DNA of 64,000 nucleotides. Source: Paragordius varius (taxonomy: Eukaryota > Animalia > Nematomorpha). The first letter of the stretch is position 1. Each line of letters opens with the position of its first letter. The stretch covers positions 10,850,001-10,914,000 of the forward strand of contig OZ176052.1 of NCBI GenBank assembly GCA_964247055.1, in the 5' to 3' direction. Below are positions 38,660 to 52,338 of this stretch, piece by piece. The notes beneath the pieces were generated by a model that saw only the letters and a list, made by a program, of their open reading frames with translations, was not told the origin of the DNA and made no database searches. The translations under genes and the position numbers were made by a program.

Positions 38660-40299
38660 CAGGGCCTCTTAAACTATGGGTCGCGACCCCATTTGGGGTC
38701 GCGAGTGATAATACAATTTAACAAAAAATGTTTATTAGTAAAATTATTGTTATAAAGAAAAATAACAATCATCGTAGATAAATATATCATGAAATCTTCT
38801 GGTTCGTAGAGACTGTTTATACCAGCATTTCTATTCATATCATTTATTATTTGATCTGTTTACGGAAAACCGGTGGACCCATTCATATCCAAATGTTGAA
38901 AAAATATAATCATTAAATGCCCCGACAATAGCTTCGCCTTTTTTTGAATTAGGCTCCCAGTTCGGGCCCACCCCATTGTAAAAACGAGTTTTTTTTGAAA
39001 ACAGAAGTCCGGAAAAATCGTGTCTTTGAGACAATATTCCGGAAAACTTGTTGGACCGTTTGATTTCAAAGATTATTTTTACTTTTTTTTGATTGCGCCG
39101 AACCTAGTCGGCTTACTTTTTTAATTTAGGCTTTCTTTTTACCCGTTCCCCCCGTAAAATGCATTTTTTTCAAAACAACTAAATAATTTTTTGATCAGGG
39201 TATGAGACCGTTAAAATTCACTGAGGAATCGAGTTATTCTCTGTTAAAAAAAAAAATTTTAGTCATTTGTTTTTTAAATAATGGCTGCTGGGTAAACAGA
39301 TAGCCACTAAAACTGCGCCAGTATATAGAAATTGCGTTGTTTTGGAGCTAATTTACAGATAATTTATGAAGCCATATGAGCTCATTAAAAGCTTGAATAT
39401 TACCAGGAACTAGGTAAAAATTAAGGTGGGTTTTTTTTATTAGCCGTTAATTTGGGGCCTTTATGCCCTAAAAAACGATTATTTAGTGTTAAGGTATTTT
39501 TTCGAATTACCCATGAGACGATGGTATCAAAGATGATTCCAAATATTTGCCCTATAATAGCAAAGAATTTAACTCAGAGCTTTTTCCATATAGGTCTATG
39601 GGAGGGGTCTACCGGTTAAAAACTGAGACGCCATACAAAATAGGCGTAGTTTTGGAGCTAATTTTCAAAAAACTTAAGAAGCCATACGAGTTCAGTCAAA
39701 CACATTTCTGGGGAATTTGTATAATATTTTCTTTGCTTTAAAAAGGGACCATAAATGATTTACTTTTTATATCCCTTGATCCCAACTGTATGAACACAAT
39801 TTCAAATTAGAACTTTTAATCAAGATTTCGTAAAACGAAAAACTTAAAATAAATCCAATCATAGATTGATAATAATGGACAAATCAAATATGGTCAATAT
39901 CGAGCACAGAATATTTCAGCCTATGCACAAACACGTAAAGGAATAATTAAAGACATTCTTTTTATTAAATACGTTTATTATTATTTTTTCTCCATTAACT
40001 CTATTTATTGCAAATTATTAATATAATTATCGGTGAGACTACGCCACACCGAAACGTGACAAGGCCAGCTAGTATTTTGTATAAATTTACTATGAATCAG
40101 AAAATGTTATATAAATTTATAAAAAATGTAGATTTCTTTTTGTCAATCTCTCAAAACCGAAATCCTGATCAATATTATAAACAAAATTTCTAATTATTAT
40201 TTCTAAGAAACTATTATTTTTCTTTTATATTTGTTGGGGTCGTTAAGAAACTCGCAATCATAAATGGGGTCGGGAACTACCAAAGTTTAAGAAGCCCTG
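38660..40299. mobile_element. hAT Buster-like MITE carrying a nested family B insertion
   Basis: TIR CAGGGCCTCTTAAACT...AGTTTAAGAAGCCCTG; GGGTCGCGACCCC subterminal motifs; flanks GCTTAAAT / ACTTAAAG. Confidence 0.78.
38853..39700. repeat. Family B copy 2 (nested in hAT MITE)
   Basis: Colinear with 29326 onward from TGATCTGTTT; units start near 39228 and 39536. Confidence 0.78.
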
Positions 40300-42064
40300 A
40301 CTTAAAGGATTTGTATTTGAGTTATTACACAGTAGCCATGTATGAGATTTTTCAATTCACTAGTTATATTTAATTGAACAACTGGACTTTTTCTCCACCA
40401 TTTTCAGACATGTGATTAATACAAATCAATTACATTTATGTAATTGACATTTAAATTAAATACCATTTTAGCCATTTAAAATACAGTTATGGTTCTCATG
40501 ACTCTATAAAACACTGAGAATTTAGCCGTTTATAAAGTCTATTCTAATAATTTAAAAAACAATTAGGCCATCAAGAAAATTTAAGCTTTTTTAATCGTTC
40601 ATTTTTAAAAAGGTATATAAAATTTATTTAAAAGAGCTATAATTTATAATATGCATATCAACTCTTTTGGATATAAGAAATAAAAATTATGGGTACCGTA
40701 TAATATTTTAAATAAGATATAAAAAAAATTAACTTAAATTAATCATAAAGTATATTTTTAGGGACAGACAGTTAAATATTTTAAAAAATATTCATACAGT
40801 ATACCGGTAAGATATATAAGGCTGATTGTTATTTTAAATAATTATAATTTTTACCTTAAAATGGTAAAATAGCTCTGTCCAAAATATGTTTTATTTATTT
40901 TATATAATAATAATATATGATAGTTATTGCTAAAAGTGGTAATTTAAAGATTATAATAATGTTTAAAAACGATTTGAGAAATAAAATATAAAAAGTATAC
41001 ATATGAAAGTTCTTTAAACCATTCCACGAGACAAGCAAAACACGAATAAAAACGTATATACCTATATTGAATCTTAAAATACTTATGTGACTAAAGTGAA
41101 TGAGAAATATTATTTTTATCAATTATTATCTGAATGTCATTTTTATAGGGCAACACGTGAGAAAATTCATTTACATTTAATTACAATCAGTTGTCCTACT
41201 AAAACATTAAATTAAATGGTTTTCTCTCTTGATCCTTAGTGCTATTTTAAAAAAACAACATTAAAAACTGTGAAACTATTAAAGGAAATCTACATTTTTT
41301 GTGTATGGTTTTAAATTTGCGAGTTATTTCAGAGGGCATCAGTATCTATAAATGTATAAAAAATAAGTTGCTTATAACTATTTAAAAAAAGACCTTTAGA
41401 AAATTAAACGCGCATGATTTTATCGCTAATTTTTTTATTAAATAATGTTTATATTCTAAAGGGCTTAAATTAACGCATTGTATTCCAAGTTTTTCATGTG
41501 TTTTATAAGGATGCCATTTTCATTTTAGGGATTAAAATGGTAAAGCGATTATTTAGGCAGGGTACATAAAATTGAGCCAACTCATTGCTTATCGGTGATT
41601 TCTGGTAATGTCTTTGTCAAAGTTATATGATAATAAATTTTTAAATCTTCATTGTACAATGGATATGTGTGCGGAAGTTTTTATACAGCTTTTCATAAAT
41701 ATTTTTCTGGCTTTTGACTTTATTTTTGCCAAAAACGCCTAATGTAAAAAATCATAATGATTATAGGGGTCTTTATATTGCTATTGAGACTCATAAATTC
41801 AATAATATGACGAATTATTATTTATAAAAAATATTTTATATTTATATGTCAATTTTTAAAACAGTTTATTACAAAAACAATTAGCAGCACATACATGAAC
41901 TGTGAAATATAAATAAATATTTATCAAATACAAATAGTAATTAAGTACATATACATGCGTAAAATTGTTTTACCCTATACAAAGTTCTATTTACATCTAT
42001 TTGCTTATTTATACCACTCTTTTACAAGAAATAAACTCATATAAAATACTGTATTTACCTAAAA

Positions 42065-45000
42065 ATGGATTTCCTACCGTTGATTCTATCAATTTATTAT
42101 TACCTAAAATGGATTTTTAATGGACGAAGCCAGGAGCAATCCGATTTGTGTGCTTTTTACGATCTAGGAAATGTAATTGTGAATAAATATGAAACAGATT
42201 CAAAATATTTAGGGTTTACGCTTGATGCAGAACTTTTAGCCATGAAGGATCATTGGTATATATTTGATTCCAAAAAGTTTCAAATCTTGACAGCAAACTT
42301 GGGTCATTCCTATTTGAGGATGGGTGGTACTGCTGCTGATATGGTTATTTTTGAACCCAGTCATCTTATTGTTAATGAGTCATTTTGCCAATCACTTAAA
42401 TATAACCGAGAAACGAAAAATTTTACAATGCTAAACAAAAGTTTGCGTACTAATTGTATTGTTAGTCCAACCTCAATTAAATTATCCACCACATTGTGGG
42501 ATAAAATTAATTATTTCATATTAACCCTAAAACCTGGTTGGGAATTTATATATGGACTTAATGCTATGTTACGAAATTCTAAAAACGGATCTTGGGATCC
42601 TTCCAATGCCATTAAGCTCCTTGAGCATTCCTATTTGCAACATTTTCGCTTTCATCTTGAATTAGGCAATGAACCTGGTGAATATCCTGGTGTTTTTAAA
42701 ACTTGGATATCCCCACAACAATTAGCAAATGATTTTACATCGTTAAAATTGCTACTTGAAACAAGTTTAATTAATTAATAGTACGCAGAAAATATTAGCC
42801 GAAGTCTACCAGTTGTCATTGGACCCGATCTAGTAAATTAGAAATATATAATTTTATTTATGAGTTCTTTTTAATATTTGTTACCCCATTTATTATAATT
42901 AACATTTTCCATTCTTAAAAAATAATTAAATTAATGTTCTTTAGCTTTTATAAAAACGGTTCCAAAATGGTTGCTTTTTTATGTGAAAATAAAACCTACA
43001 TTAATATCGATTCTGCAATAAAGCGATTAAATTTTATATGAAAAACTTACAATTACATAAAGATATATTTTATAATTGGCTTTTAAAAATGTGCTTCTAA
43101 AGAAAATCATTTTTATTAGGTATGGCGAAAACAATGTCTTATTAGGCCAATATTTTATATATTTTTCTAAAACTCTTTAAAATCGAAACGTGTTTTCACA
43201 TTACGCAAATATAAAGCAAATTTTATAAATCAATATAATTGGTGGAAAAAATATTTTTGCACAGTTTTTGATCATAACTCTGAAAAAAATAAATTTATAA
43301 CATATTAATTTAAATTAAAAAATTTAATTTTACTTTTTCACAACCCATAAAAATTGTATTATTTTAAAAATATTTTTTTTATTCCTAGTTAGTTTTTTTT
43401 ATTTTTTTCGCGCACCGTGTAACAACAAACTTCTGATATTATTTTTTATGTTTTATTATTAATTTGGCGATATCCTAGAATTTTTTGCAGTTATTAATTT
43501 TTCATTATTAATCCTACCTCTTTTATAATTTGTAGTGGCCTTTTATTAAATAAATGCGTAATTCTTAAACCCTTAAAACTTCAAAAACTTGCCTGTTCAG
43601 GATTGGCAGTGATGATAAATAATGCAGGTAAATTGTCATATGTTACACATAATGCACAAATCTGATGCACTATTCACTAAATAATGTGACTGCCACCGAG
43701 TTTATTCTGGTAAAAATTTACTTGATTTTAATAAGTGTGTGAAATTAATCGTCTGCTGACGGTTAATAATTATATTTAGTGGTGTACTCTTAATAACCAT
43801 TAATTACCGATGATTTTTACTACTTCCATCATTAAACAAACATAAAGTAAATTCACCAAAATCTATACGGTATATTAAAAACAACTTTGTTTGCCAGGAT
43901 GGTATCAATGACACAATGGCCGATCAAACTTATCTCTCGCAATTCCTTGAACAATTACAAACAAATAGTCAAGGGATGAATAGATCTACACCTATTTTAG
44001 ATCGTATATCATGGCATCATTATTACATAAGTGGCCCCAAAGCTACGATGGAAAAGTTTATAAATGCCGATATCTTGGACTCTCTAATACCGAAAATAGA
44101 TTCTGTTAATCAGGTCGTGCAAAACCTGACGACGACACTTAGGCACACTCCAGTATGGTTGGGGGAGGGTAGTAATGCTTGGAGCAGTGGGGCCCCAAAC
44201 ATATCTGACAGGTTGATTTTCTTTTAGAAAAAATTAGATTTTACAAGATTTATTGGAGAAGAGAGATGGATTCCATATAATTTATTAAAACATGGAAATG
44301 AATATAATTAGTTATATAACCTCAGTAGTTATTAATGACTAATTAAATATTCTTTTGTTTAAAATAAAAAAATTTAGCTGTTGTTGAGCTAAAAAATCGT
44401 TTTTTTATAAAATATCTTGCCTTTCGCTAAAATATTAGATATATTGCTGGTTTTATGTTTTTGGACAAACTTGGACAATGTGCCATGCGTGGTCTCAAAG
44501 TTTTCATTCGACAATCTCTTTACATGGGCCATTATGCTTTGATTGGGTTGGATCTTAACCCAAATCCCGATTATTATATAGCCGTTTTGTTTAAACGGCT
44601 TGTTGGTCATCGTGTTATTGTTATACCCAATCAACCCATATTATGCAGTAAATTCTTTAGTATTATATGTAATGAACAAAATAAAACATACTCAATAGAA
44701 TTTTACAAAAAGGGCATATTTAAAAATTAAAGTTTTTTCTCAAAAGAATTTCAAGTCTGTAAATATTTCAAATTACTTTTATAAAATTATTAAAACTATT
44801 TATGATTGGCTAGATTCATTTTTACTTTTTTTAAATTAAAAAATGGTGTTTACTCTATTTATATGTAATGATATTTATTTGCTTAACCAAAAATTATAAA
44901 TTTTATATTTTCGGCGCTAATTGATTAATACTTTTTAAAAATTAGTGATTTCTTGGATTTTTCGTCGATCAATAATAGTTGGTAATGATTCCGAATTTAA

Positions 45001-45900
45001 AAATATAAATTTTTCATTGTAATTTCGTATTCACAAAAAAGTGTTTGACTGCATAGTAATTATGTCATAATTGGATTATTAACTATTGTAGACAAGGCCA
45101 AAATTTTGAGCAAAACAAATACCGTTAGGATGTATGCTCATTGCGCCAAAAATATCGGTGGTGGAATAATTTTCTATGTGATGAATTTAAACAATCAGCA
45201 AATACGTATAACATTTAATAATGCGATGAATTCAAGTAACATCACTATCTATATATTAAATTTTTTTTCCACTAAATACAATTAAAAACGTAAAACTAAA
45301 TGATAAATTTTTAATATATAAACCTTGATTTTTTTATAAAAAAATTTACGATTGTGCAATATAGTTGAATGTGTTACCAATTTACATCATTATACCTTAT
45401 TTTGCAACCCAAAACTCTATATTATATAAAAATGGGCTGTTTTTTTAAAAAAATATTTGTCTTTTAGTTTTTCCTTCTTTGTTATAGTTTCAATTTTTAC
45501 TGCAGAGTTTATACTGTTTTTGTCTTTCTTTTTTTCATAAACTTTAACTGAACGTAAATTATCATTTTATCAATTTTTTTTTGTTACATTCGAATTTAAA
45601 AGCGCGTATTGTGTGATTATAGAAATGAACAAAAACCCGTATTTTGGTCACGTGCAACACAAATATCTGCTGACACCTGTCCCATATAAAAATGGCTCTC
45701 ATAAAGATAAATATTTTTTGTTATCACGGCAAGTAAAATTAAATGGGAAGCCATTTCAGGTTAGTAGGGATGGTAAATTACCGACCATATCACCCAAAAT
45801 TGTAACAGAAACTTCCAATCAAAATATTGATATTTTATTACCACCATACTCCTTTGGCTTTTACATATATCCCAAAGCAAATTTATCGTATTGTTATTAA
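42065..45900 (+). CDS. HPSE: Heparanase (GH79)
   Basis: Exons 42065-42764, 42789-42832 (assuming a 24-nt intron), 43898-44211, 44439-44647, 45092-45235, 45623-45900. Motifs YLRMGGTAAD, ELGNEP (acid/base), GPD, SWHHYY, WLGEGS (nucleophile), GFMFLDKLG, PNPDYY, LPPYSFGF. Confidence 0.9.
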
Positions 45901-46989
45901 TGTTTAGCTTTAGCTAATAATGATTTAATAAATTTTTAGATTATGGTTTTCAAACGTACTACTCATTCCAATTTTAATAGATTTTACAAACGATAGCTGA
46001 ATAATTTTTAAGTCTCTGATCGTCAATTACCAATTTTCCAAAAAAACTTCAATTTTAATAAAATAAAGAATAAATATACATAACGGTGTTCTCCCAATGA
46101 GGGCCTAGTTCGATCACTTTTATTCAAAATGGGTGTATAATCTCATTGAAACCTAATGTTTTAAAACTGAAGGATCTATAATTGTTTCTATATGTCATTA
46201 ATATTTATATTATATACCATCCAGAATAACTGAATTTTAAACAAGGGATAAATATGTGTGCGGAGAATTTTGACAGTATCTAACGGTCGCAGTCACACAA
46301 TGCATAATAGGACGACCTAACCCTATGTTTTACATTTTTCCCTGTTAATTTTTCCTCTTGTATTTGCATATTTTTGTTATAAAGTCAGTGTTACAAAGGC
46401 GTAGCTTGAATTTCTGGCGCTCGGTGCATGAATCCATGATGGCGCCCCCCTCCATGCAACCCCTTGCATTTTGATATAATAATCAAAATGAAACCGTGGT
46501 CATGACCACTCATAAATGGGTGATTACTTGTATATTTTCAAAGAAAAACATTTTTTAGTAAAATTTTGATAAAGAGGGCGCATAATCAAAAAATCAAATT
46601 ATACAAAATTCTTCCAACGAGTTATAATTTTTATTTCAAATTTACTGTCAAAATGATATTAAATATCAAAAAATGCAAAAAACTCGAGTGGCAGAAAAAT
46701 TTGTTGTCTAGTGTTATGATTATATTTTTGGTTTTTATAAAATGGTTTTTAAGCCCTATTCATTTATATCAAACTGAAGGAAAATAATTTTATGCTAATT
46801 TTCTTCTGCCGCTTATCCTCCCATCCATACTTTTCAGCCCAAATTAATGAAAATAATAATCCCTTACTTTAAAAATTAAATAAAACTATTATTATATATC
46901 ATAAATTGATCCAATATTTATTTTTTATTCTAAAAAAAATTATATGAGTATATTTTATATAATTTGCCATGGTTTGATTCCACTATCCA

Positions 46990-48557
46990 TCAAAATCCAT
47001 ATTCATCAATGTGTGGTTCGTCCAGCGGTTCATCCTCATCAATATCGTCGTCAACTTCAAAGTGTTCCTCATGTTGTAATTGCGTGTATAAATGAGCGTT
47101 TTCATACGCATTATCATTGGGTTGTTCTAACCTAACGATGTGATGGGGTAGTCCCTTTTTATGAACCGTTTCTCTGGCCATTCTCTCCTCCCGGGATTCA
47201 GGGAAAAGTTTAAAAGGTAAGGTAGCTTGTAACATTTGCAAACGTCTTATGTCATTTCCGTCTCCGGAGCTGTCTAGAGATTTTGTCATTAATTCTTTGG
47301 TTTGTTGTTGAGGGGTAGTAATTGTTTTATCATGCATTTTTTTGGTTACTTTACCTTTTTGCTTGTTGGTGGTGGATTGTATTTGTAAATTATCTTTCCT
47401 TTCCTCCTTAAACCATATTTGAAATGGGGATGATGTTTGATCCTTCGAGGAATTTCCAACTTTATAATCAACTATAACAAGTTCAGTCGTCTGTGTTTTC
47501 AAAAAAAAAGTTTCAAAGATTTGATTAAAAAAACTTAGAAAGTTATTTAAAGAGTTTTATTATTACTAGTTGTGGTTTTTTGTTTGGTCGGTTGGAGAAA
47601 CTACAGAGCGTGTAGTTATATGAGCTCAATTCGTAGCTTAAACTCTGTATTGTGATATTTAAAGCAAAATATTGCAATAAATCAGTATAAACTTTTGGAT
47701 TCACCATACATTTGTCCACCATCAAATAAAGGCTAATGGGCTAAAATGATGGTTAACTTTATATAAATAACATGGTATACGTATATGCTATACATTACGT
47801 TTAAAATCTAAATGAATATTATTAATTATATTATCATTAGCTTTTCGAAATATTTTTGATATCTAAAATCTCAAGGTGCTAAAAACAATTTATTAACAGG
47901 GAGATAATAATAATAAAACAATTATTAAAACGTTGTTCGAAAACCAGCAATCCATATTTAACCTAAAATAAACTTATATACACTGACGAAAAATCATATA
48001 ATTACCTTATCAATAAAAAAATCAATTAGTTGCTGTAAGAAATCCATGGATAAATTTGCATCTTGGATCATGGGTAATTCAAAAGAGTTTATAAATATAT
48101 CTGTGATCTGGCTTGATTTGTCATTTAATAAGTTTGAAGTAGGAAAGATGTCATTTACTGTTTTGAAAAATATTTCAACCTTTTCACTTGTTATGAATTC
48201 TTTTGAGAATTCTATTTGGGGGGATTCTACTGATTTCAAACCATCAAACATAATTAAATGGCCATTTTCTTTTGCCATTTTAACAATATGAGGTATGGGA
48301 GCCGATGTAAAAGAGCCGCTTTGAAAATCTAGAAAAAGAACAATTTTTTGTGGCAAATCACCACAGTTTTGTACATCGCTTTTGTTTCGAAATATTTTAT
48401 GTTCCAAATATTTGCAAAATAGAGCCAATATCAAAGGTTTTCCATAATTCCCTTGGCTAGAATCTTCAACAATTAGGGTAGTTTGATATGGATTAACATT
48501 GGTTGTTTTAACAGATTCTTGCTTAAACAAGTACGTACTTAAAAGTTCAAACGCCAT
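46990..48557 (-). CDS. ELP5: Elongator complex protein 5, ~408 aa
   Basis: Exons 48557-48006, 47740-47567, 47490-46990, all phase 0. N-terminal LIVEDS..GKPLILAL and C-terminal TLPFKL...EERMARE..LP plus an acidic tail match ELP5 as recalled; ELP6 is the alternative for the RecA-like part. Confidence 0.72.
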
Positions 48558-51500
48558 TCAATATTGCGCTATTACAACCCTAAACAATTCTATTTAAATT
48601 ATTTTAAGTATATAGGTAAAAATATTCCATTTTTATGGATTTTTTGGATAGAGCTCTAAACATATCTTCTTGTCGCACGGTTGCTACCCCTCAGTGTATA
48701 TCAATAGTAGGTTTGAATAAATCAACCTTTCTTGATTTTAGGAGTTTCAATCTTACTTTCTTCTTAACCAAAGTTATCAAATAAAATATTATTGCAACAT
48801 TCGTATGCGGCATTAATCATTTTCTTAACAATTTTTGAAAAGATTCCGATTGTTAAGTAAAATGAAATTAACGTGAACATACCAATAAAAATTGATCACG
48901 CACAGAAAGAATTAGTGTGGACCAAATTAGTTGCTTTTTGATGATATCTCTACCAATAATTAAATAATCTATTCTACATTTTTTTGCAAAGCACAATGGG
49001 ATATTTTGCTTTTTTGTCAATTTTAACCTTAAAATTAAATTTCAACACGCAATCATTTTAAATAAATAATATGTGCGCGCATTCGATATATCTATATATA
49101 TAATCTAAAATTAAAATCCTCTTTTCAAACAAAAAACAAAGATAAAATGATAAACGAAATTTATTTTGACCTTAACACAACACATCGACTCTCAAATCCA
49201 ATTTTTTGTTAAATTAAATCCTATCCTTTCATCAATCATACTTTTATTGAACAATGATGCAAATTCAGTATATGAATTTTAAAAAATTAATCTTTTTATA
49301 TTTTTGCAAAGGTTATTTTCAAAATTTTTCATTTTAAAACGAATATAGTATCTATCATACGATAAAAAAGATGCATCTAGGTCAAAGGCTTTCTCGTTTA
49401 ATTATATCTCAAATTATGAAATATACATTTATAAACCGCGCTTCTGTTTAATTTTTTTGGAATTCTCTTTTTTATTTTCATACATTTGGTGTAGTATAAT
49501 TGTAATTAATATATTTTTTTATCATAAAACTTTTTTTTCATAAAATTGTGAAGATAATTTTATTATGTAGAATTTCACATTCAACTGATTACAATAAGCT
49601 TGATAAAAATTTAAGATTCTTGATTTAAAATGCGATTGTTTTAAGCTTTTTGTTTGATTTGTGTTCAAACGGTTATTGTTTGAATTAATCTCTCAAAAGA
49701 GAAAATTTACGATCATTGAAAGAATAAAAAACATGGGATTAATATAACTTTTGGGCTAAATTCCTCCTCTTATATCAATACAAAAACTATTTATACATAT
49801 ATATTTTTTTCAAAATTTTAAAATACCAACATCACAGTTTATTATTGTCAATTGCATTACTAATTAATATTTGATTTATAAAAACTAAAACCCATTTTTG
49901 GGGTGGTTTTATGTAATGCATAGATAACCGATAATTCAAAAATAGCGCATATTGCAAAAACTGATTAATTTTATATTTTATAATTTAATCTTTCATATTG
50001 ATAGAGCATATATAAATTTTATCATCCCCACATCCTTCCTATGGATTGATAAATAATTATTATTACAGTAGCCTATGGTAACAAACAACATATGATTGAA
50101 ATTAAACAATCTTTCCGTCTGTTTTAACATTAATTTTATACATTAATTATAGACAAACTTTGTTCTATACCATACGTTACTGTATTTATGTTGTAAGGCT
50201 AAACACAAAAGGATTAATAGAAAGCCATTTTTTTCAATTTTTTAATTGTTCTAGCTGCTGATGTGAATTATACTGCCTCCTATTAAAATGTAAGGAAATA
50301 CAATAAATCGAGCGATTAGACCTAGTAACCCAAAACACATCCGGAAGAATGTAATATGAAATACAACGAGTAATTTCATAAAATAAACGATTAAATATCA
50401 ACAATAAAATGTATAAAAAAATTGCATATATAGAGTTTTTTGTAAAATTGATCTTAAATTTAACCATACCTTTACTAAAATGGTGTTTTATTATATAGTT
50501 TTTGGTTATTTTTTATATCTTTTGTTAATTTTAACTGGATCAAACTGGTTAAATTAAAATTCTACTATGCGTCAATTTTCCACAACCATATACTGATGAC
50601 GTAAGATATCGGCAAATTTTAGACATAAAGCATTGATTAATTCATCATAAAGATTTATTGTATTATAACAATAGTTAAAAAAGTTTTATGCAATTGATTA
50701 TAGATGTATATAAAATATATATTATAAAAAAATGAATTGGCATAAATATATTCAATAATTACACATGTATGAAAAATTATTCCAATAAAAATTTGCAAAT
50801 AATACTAATATAAAGTATTATTTGAAAAATACAAAAAAATATCCGAATGTGTTGTACTTACTTCATTTTGAAGTAAAAAAAGATGACAAGATGTAATATG
50901 TCGCAAATTTAACCTAATGTATATCTAAATATTATGCTCTCTAAACTTTTTTGCATGATTTTTTATTGTATTGTTGATGTAAACCCTAAGATCAAATTTA
51001 AGTTATTTCGTGACTTCGTAAATATAATGATTAAAAAGTTTGTTAAAAAACTTCCTTATAACCAACCAACCACCTGTAAAAATCGATTCTGATAACTGTT
51101 TTTTATTATGTAAGAAAAGGTTATTTGCATAATTATTAAAAAATCTCTACTGTAACTATAAAAACATCTATTGTAATTTTTTTATTAAATAAGGAAGATG
51201 GATAATTTTATGTTAAAAACAAAACTCGTGTTTTCATGATATTAGAAACATTATCCTTATTCATAGTTTTAAGTTTTATTTAAAAATTAATTCATCATAA
51301 TTTGTAAAATGTGTGATTGTTTTTTTTCTTCATGATTAACACAGGTAAAAAAAATTTTAAACCATGTTTTTTATGTTAAACTCTTATTTATTTCCATGAA
51401 TGCTGTGTTGCACGCGGTTCTTACATATTATTGCGCGTAATGTAAAAAATAAAATATTTCCTTTTTTAAATAAAAAAATGCGTTAAAAAACAGAAAATTA

Positions 51501-52338
51501 AAAATTATAGCGTAAAAAGGAAGTAATTTTTTATTTAACATGATTACTTATTACAGCAGCAAAGTTTGCTGAAGACAGACAACAAACTAACTCAAATAAA
51601 TTGTATATTATATAATTTATTTTTTATGTAACAACCTTTGATATATATGCAAAAAAATATTTTTATCATTCTTAGATGCCTTTTCCTTGATAATAAATGA
51701 AAAAAAATGAAATCGCGAAAAAAGGTGTAAAATAAAAAGTTTAGAGAGATTGTAAGAAACCACAAAAGTTAAAACTAATGTAGCATCAAAAAAGTTAAAA
51801 GAAAGTTTTCACCGAAAATTATTATTATCATCGGACATGATTTTTTATTTGCTTATATCGCGTGTTATAATTCAGCAGCGCACAGGAATAAAGTAATCTA
51901 CTACAATTTTGTGTTTTGATGATGACTTTTAACCTTGCGGCATTATTTGTTTATGTTGTAGTCATAAAATTAATTTTAAAATTTACCTTTTTATTTCCAT
52001 TTTCTAGTTTATTTCCATTTTATATAATTTGACTTTGTGTTGTAACAACTTTATGAATGTTTTATTGCGTGGGAAGAATCGACAATTAATATTATTATTA
52101 TTAAAAATTACATCTGTGTGACTTAAATTATTGATAGAATTAAAGGATGAAAAATTTTGTAGGCCATTAGACAGCTTAATTAAACTTTGTAATCGTTTTT
52201 TTGTGTAAAACAATTAAAATGTTTGGTTGTAATATTTGTTAAGTAATTACCACAGAGTTCACAGAAAAGCGTAACAGTTATTACTCTTTGCTATTGTTTA
52301 AGGGTTAAAATTTCGGTATATTCAATCTCAGAATTTTA

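Noticed and set aside
42776-42781. Stop-codon reassignment or readthrough to explain in-frame TAA/TAG in HPSE and the orphan gene
   Set aside because: TAA and TAG terminate cnc, OMA1, ACTMAP, VGAT and others at the expected positions, and a GT-AG micro-intron explains HPSE better.
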